In this document: one piece after another, positions 62,060 through 64,000 of the stretch | Position numbering within the stretch: position 1 is the first letter of the stretch | Layout of the letters: each line of letters starts with the position of its first letter | NCBI GenBank assembly: GCA_036004845.1 | Contig: DASYRA010000026.1 | Span: 4,477 to 68,476 of the forward strand | Length of the DNA stretch: 64,000 bases | Reading direction: 5' to 3' | DNA from: Candidatus Limnocylindria bacterium | Lineage (GTDB): Bacteria; Chloroflexota; Limnocylindria; QHBO01 | Translations under genes and position numbers: made by a program | The notes under the pieces: generated by a model | What the model was told of the DNA's origin: nothing | The model's input: the letters and a program-made list of their open reading frames with translations, nothing else | The model's database searches: none

Positions 62060-63337
62060 TCAGGAGCGGTTGTAGAGCTTCAGCTCGCCCTCTTCGACCT
62101 CGACCCCGACCTCCTTGCGGATCCCCTCCCAGGCGTCGAGGTCCCACTCGCCGACCAGGGTGATGGCGGTCCCTTCGCGCCCGGCCCGCGCGGTGCGGCC
62201 GACGCGATGCACGTACGTGTCGGCGTCCTCGGGGATGTCGTAGTTGAGGACGAAGGGCAGGTCGGTGATGTCCAGCCCGCGCGACGCCACGTTGGTGGCG
62301 ATCAGGAACTGGATCTTGCCCGACCGGAAGTCGGCCAGCGTCTTGTCTCGCTCCCGCTGCGAGAGGCCGCCATGCAGCGCCGCGACGTTCCTGCCGCGCC
62401 GGGCGAGGATCGCGGTCAGGCGATCGACGCCGATCTGGGTGTGGCGGAAGACGAGGAGCCGATCGAACCCGAACTGGTCCGTGAGCTCGGTCAGCGCCGC
62501 CACCTTGTCCTGCTCGGCCACGAAATAGACCAGCTGGCGCACCGTCTCGACGGTGCGCATCTCAGGCCGCACGATGATGTGCTCGGCCTGCTTGTCCATG
62601 AAACGATCGCAGATGCGCAGGATCGCGTACGGCATCGTGGCGGAGAAGAGGGCCGTCTGCCGGCTGCGAGGACAGCGGGACAGGATCGTCTCGACGTCGA
62701 CGATGAAGCCCATGTCGAGCATCCGGTCGGCCTCGTCCAGGATGACGGTGTGCACCCGGTCAAGGCGCAGCTCGCCGCGCCGGATGAGGTCGAGGACGCG
62801 GCCGGGGGTGCCGACCACGACCGGGACGCCGCGCTTCAGGGCGGTCACCTGGCGGTCCATGCTCGAGCCGCCGTAGATCGCCACCGCGGCGACGTTGCGG
62901 AAGACGCCGATGCGGCGGATCTCCTCGGTCACCTGCACGCACAGCTCGCGGGTGGGGGTGAGCACCAGGGCCTGGACGTAGTGCCCGGCCGGATCGACCT
63001 TCTCGACGATCGGGATCCCGAAGGCGGCGGTCTTGCCGGTGCCCGTCTGCGCCTGGCCGATGAGGTCCTTCCCGGCGCGGAGGGGCCCGATGGCGCGGGC
63101 CTGGACCTCGGTCGGGGCGGTGAAGCCCATCTTCTCGATGGCGCGGGCGATGGTGACCGGCAGCTCCATGTCGCCGAAGCGATGGGAACGCTGCGCCGCC
63201 AGGACTGCGGCCATCAGGGGCGAGGATTCAGGGTCGTCAGACGCGAGATTGCCGTTGGGTGCTGGCGAGGGCGCCGGGGCCGCTCGACGAGGCGCGCGGG
63301 CGCGTCGAGGAGGGGCGGGTGATGTGGTCTCAGGCAA
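62060..63337 (-). CDS. DEAD-box ATP-dependent RNA helicase
   Basis: AQTGTGKTAAF, VILDEADRMLDMGF, SAT and HRVGRTARAG motifs. Arg/Pro/Ala-rich N-terminal extension. TTG start as in the track. Confidence 0.9.
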   Translation of the reverse strand: MPETTSPAPPRRARAPRRAAPAPSPAPNGNLASDDPESSPLMAAVLAAQRSHRFGDMELPVTIARAIEKMGFTAPTEVQARAIGPLRAGKDLIGQAQTGTGKTAAFGIPIVEKVDPAGHYVQALVLTPTRELCVQVTEEIRRIGVFRNVAAVAIYGGSSMDRQVTALKRGVPVVVGTPGRVLDLIRRGELRLDRVHTVILDEADRMLDMGFIVDVETILSRCPRSRQTALFSATMPYAILRICDRFMDKQAEHIIVRPEMRTVETVRQLVYFVAEQDKVAALTELTDQFGFDRLLVFRHTQIGVDRLTAILARRGRNVAALHGGLSQRERDKTLADFRSGKIQFLIATNVASRGLDITDLPFVLNYDIPEDADTYVHRVGRTARAGREGTAITLVGEWDLDAWEGIRKEVGVEVEEGELKLYNRS

Positions 63338-63388
63338 ACGGGGGCTCCGAGGGAGGGTGACTTGGTCGCGATCGTACCACGCGGCGCC

Positions 63389-64000
63389 TCAGGCCGATGC
63401 CGGGGCACCCGGCCGGGAGGCCTGTCGGTCGATCCGGCCGTCGGGCGGCTGGCGGTCGGTCGTCGGGCGTTCCACCGCGCCATCGGTCCGCGGACCCTTC
63501 CCGTAGCCGTTGGGGTGGGTCAGTCGCCAGGCCCACGCATCCGACAGCATCTGCTCGAGCTTGGAGTGCTCCGGATGCCAGCCCAGGGCGAGCCGGGCGC
63601 GGCGGGACGAGGCGACCAGCACCGGCGGGTCGCCGGTGCGGCGCTTCACGACCCGCGCCGGGATGGCGCGGCCGGTCACCTTGCGGGCGGCCTCGACGAC
63701 CTCGCGGACGCTGAAGCCGGCGGCCGAGCCGAGGTTGTAGACCTCGAACGACGAGTCGCCCTCGCCGGTCGCCTCGAGGGCGAGCAGGTGCGCGGCAGCG
63801 AGGTCGCGGACGTGGATGAAGTCGCGGATGCACGTCCCATCCGGGGTTGGGTAGTCCTGCCCGAAGATCTGGACGTGGGTCGCCTCACCGGCGGCGACCC
63901 TCAGCATCAGGGGCATCAGGTGGGTCTCGGGGTTGTGGTCCTCGCCGTTGCGCTCGGTGGCCCCGGCGACGTTGAAGTAGCGCAGGCTGATGGCCTGGAA
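63389..64000 (-). CDS. galE: UDP-glucose 4-epimerase, C-terminal part (N-terminus beyond window end), with a roughly 45-aa Pro/Arg-rich tail
   Basis: The frame is open to position 64000 ([32 protein letters not shown]...). [20 protein letters not shown] is typical of GalE. Confidence 0.9.
   Translation of the reverse strand, partial: FQAISLRYFNVAGATERNGEDHNPETHLMPLMLRVAAGEATHVQIFGQDYPTPDGTCIRDFIHVRDLAAAHLLALEATGEGDSSFEVYNLGSAAGFSVREVVEAARKVTGRAIPARVVKRRTGDPPVLVASSRRARLALGWHPEHSKLEQMLSDAWAWRLTHPNGYGKGPRTDGAVERPTTDRQPPDGRIDRQASRPGAPASA

Overview
High-GC (about 70%) chromosomal segment. Gene content resembles Actinomycetota or Chloroflexota, but the taxon cannot be fixed from this window. It is densely packed: I support about 65 CDS, 2 tRNAs (Glu-UUC, Thr-CGU) and 1 TPP riboswitch. 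I found no CRISPR array, transposase, integrase or rRNA.

Gene order, left to right:
- PBP (partial), PIG-L deacetylase, and an SbcC/SbcD-like pair.
- A TPP-riboswitch operon (thiN plus ykoE/D/C-type ECF transporter), continuing into an alpha/beta hydrolase, bcp and two tiny membrane ORFs.
- A BBE-like FAD oxidase, a propeller/M23 peptidase/lipoprotein operon, and a GIDE-like membrane protein.
- An overlap-coupled operon: giant HTH-4xGAF-GGDEF-(degenerate HD-GYP) sensor, lipoprotein, WYL regulator, CYTH enzyme.
- A Ku locus: catalytically dead ligase-like protein, Ku, OsmC, NERD protein, ATP-dependent DNA ligase.
- Small Mo-oxidoreductase, tRNA-Glu, PPOX-like protein, galU, PASTA Ser/Thr kinase, trxA.
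- A Cys-rich two-CW-like protein followed by folC-folP-folB.
- htrA with an HK/RR pair, a DUF2652-like protein, and ribosomal protein L25.
- A gamma-glutamyl-amine catabolic island (2 APC permeases, GlnA4-like synthetase, SDR, ALDH, PuuD-like hydrolase), extended by an LtaS/EptA-like membrane enzyme, Nudix, a choline/ethanolamine-kinase-like protein, a DMGDH-like enzyme and MarR.
- ybjQ, a cNMP-binding protein, tRNA-Thr, GlsB/YeaQ.
- An nth/glxK/Usp-Usp-GpgS fusion/glycosyltransferase operon, a DEAD-box helicase, and galE (partial).

Many long ORFs in the supplied track are alternate-frame or antisense artefacts typical of high-GC DNA. Several track ORFs carry spurious N-terminal extensions, which I trimmed.

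The most interesting items are the GGDEF/lipoprotein/WYL/CYTH operon, the Ku-adjacent pseudo-ligase, the Usp-GpgS fusion operon, the Cys-rich protein ahead of the folate genes, and a recurrent TGCTAnnnT / leaderless promoter pattern. All family assignments come from motif recognition by eye; no database search was run.
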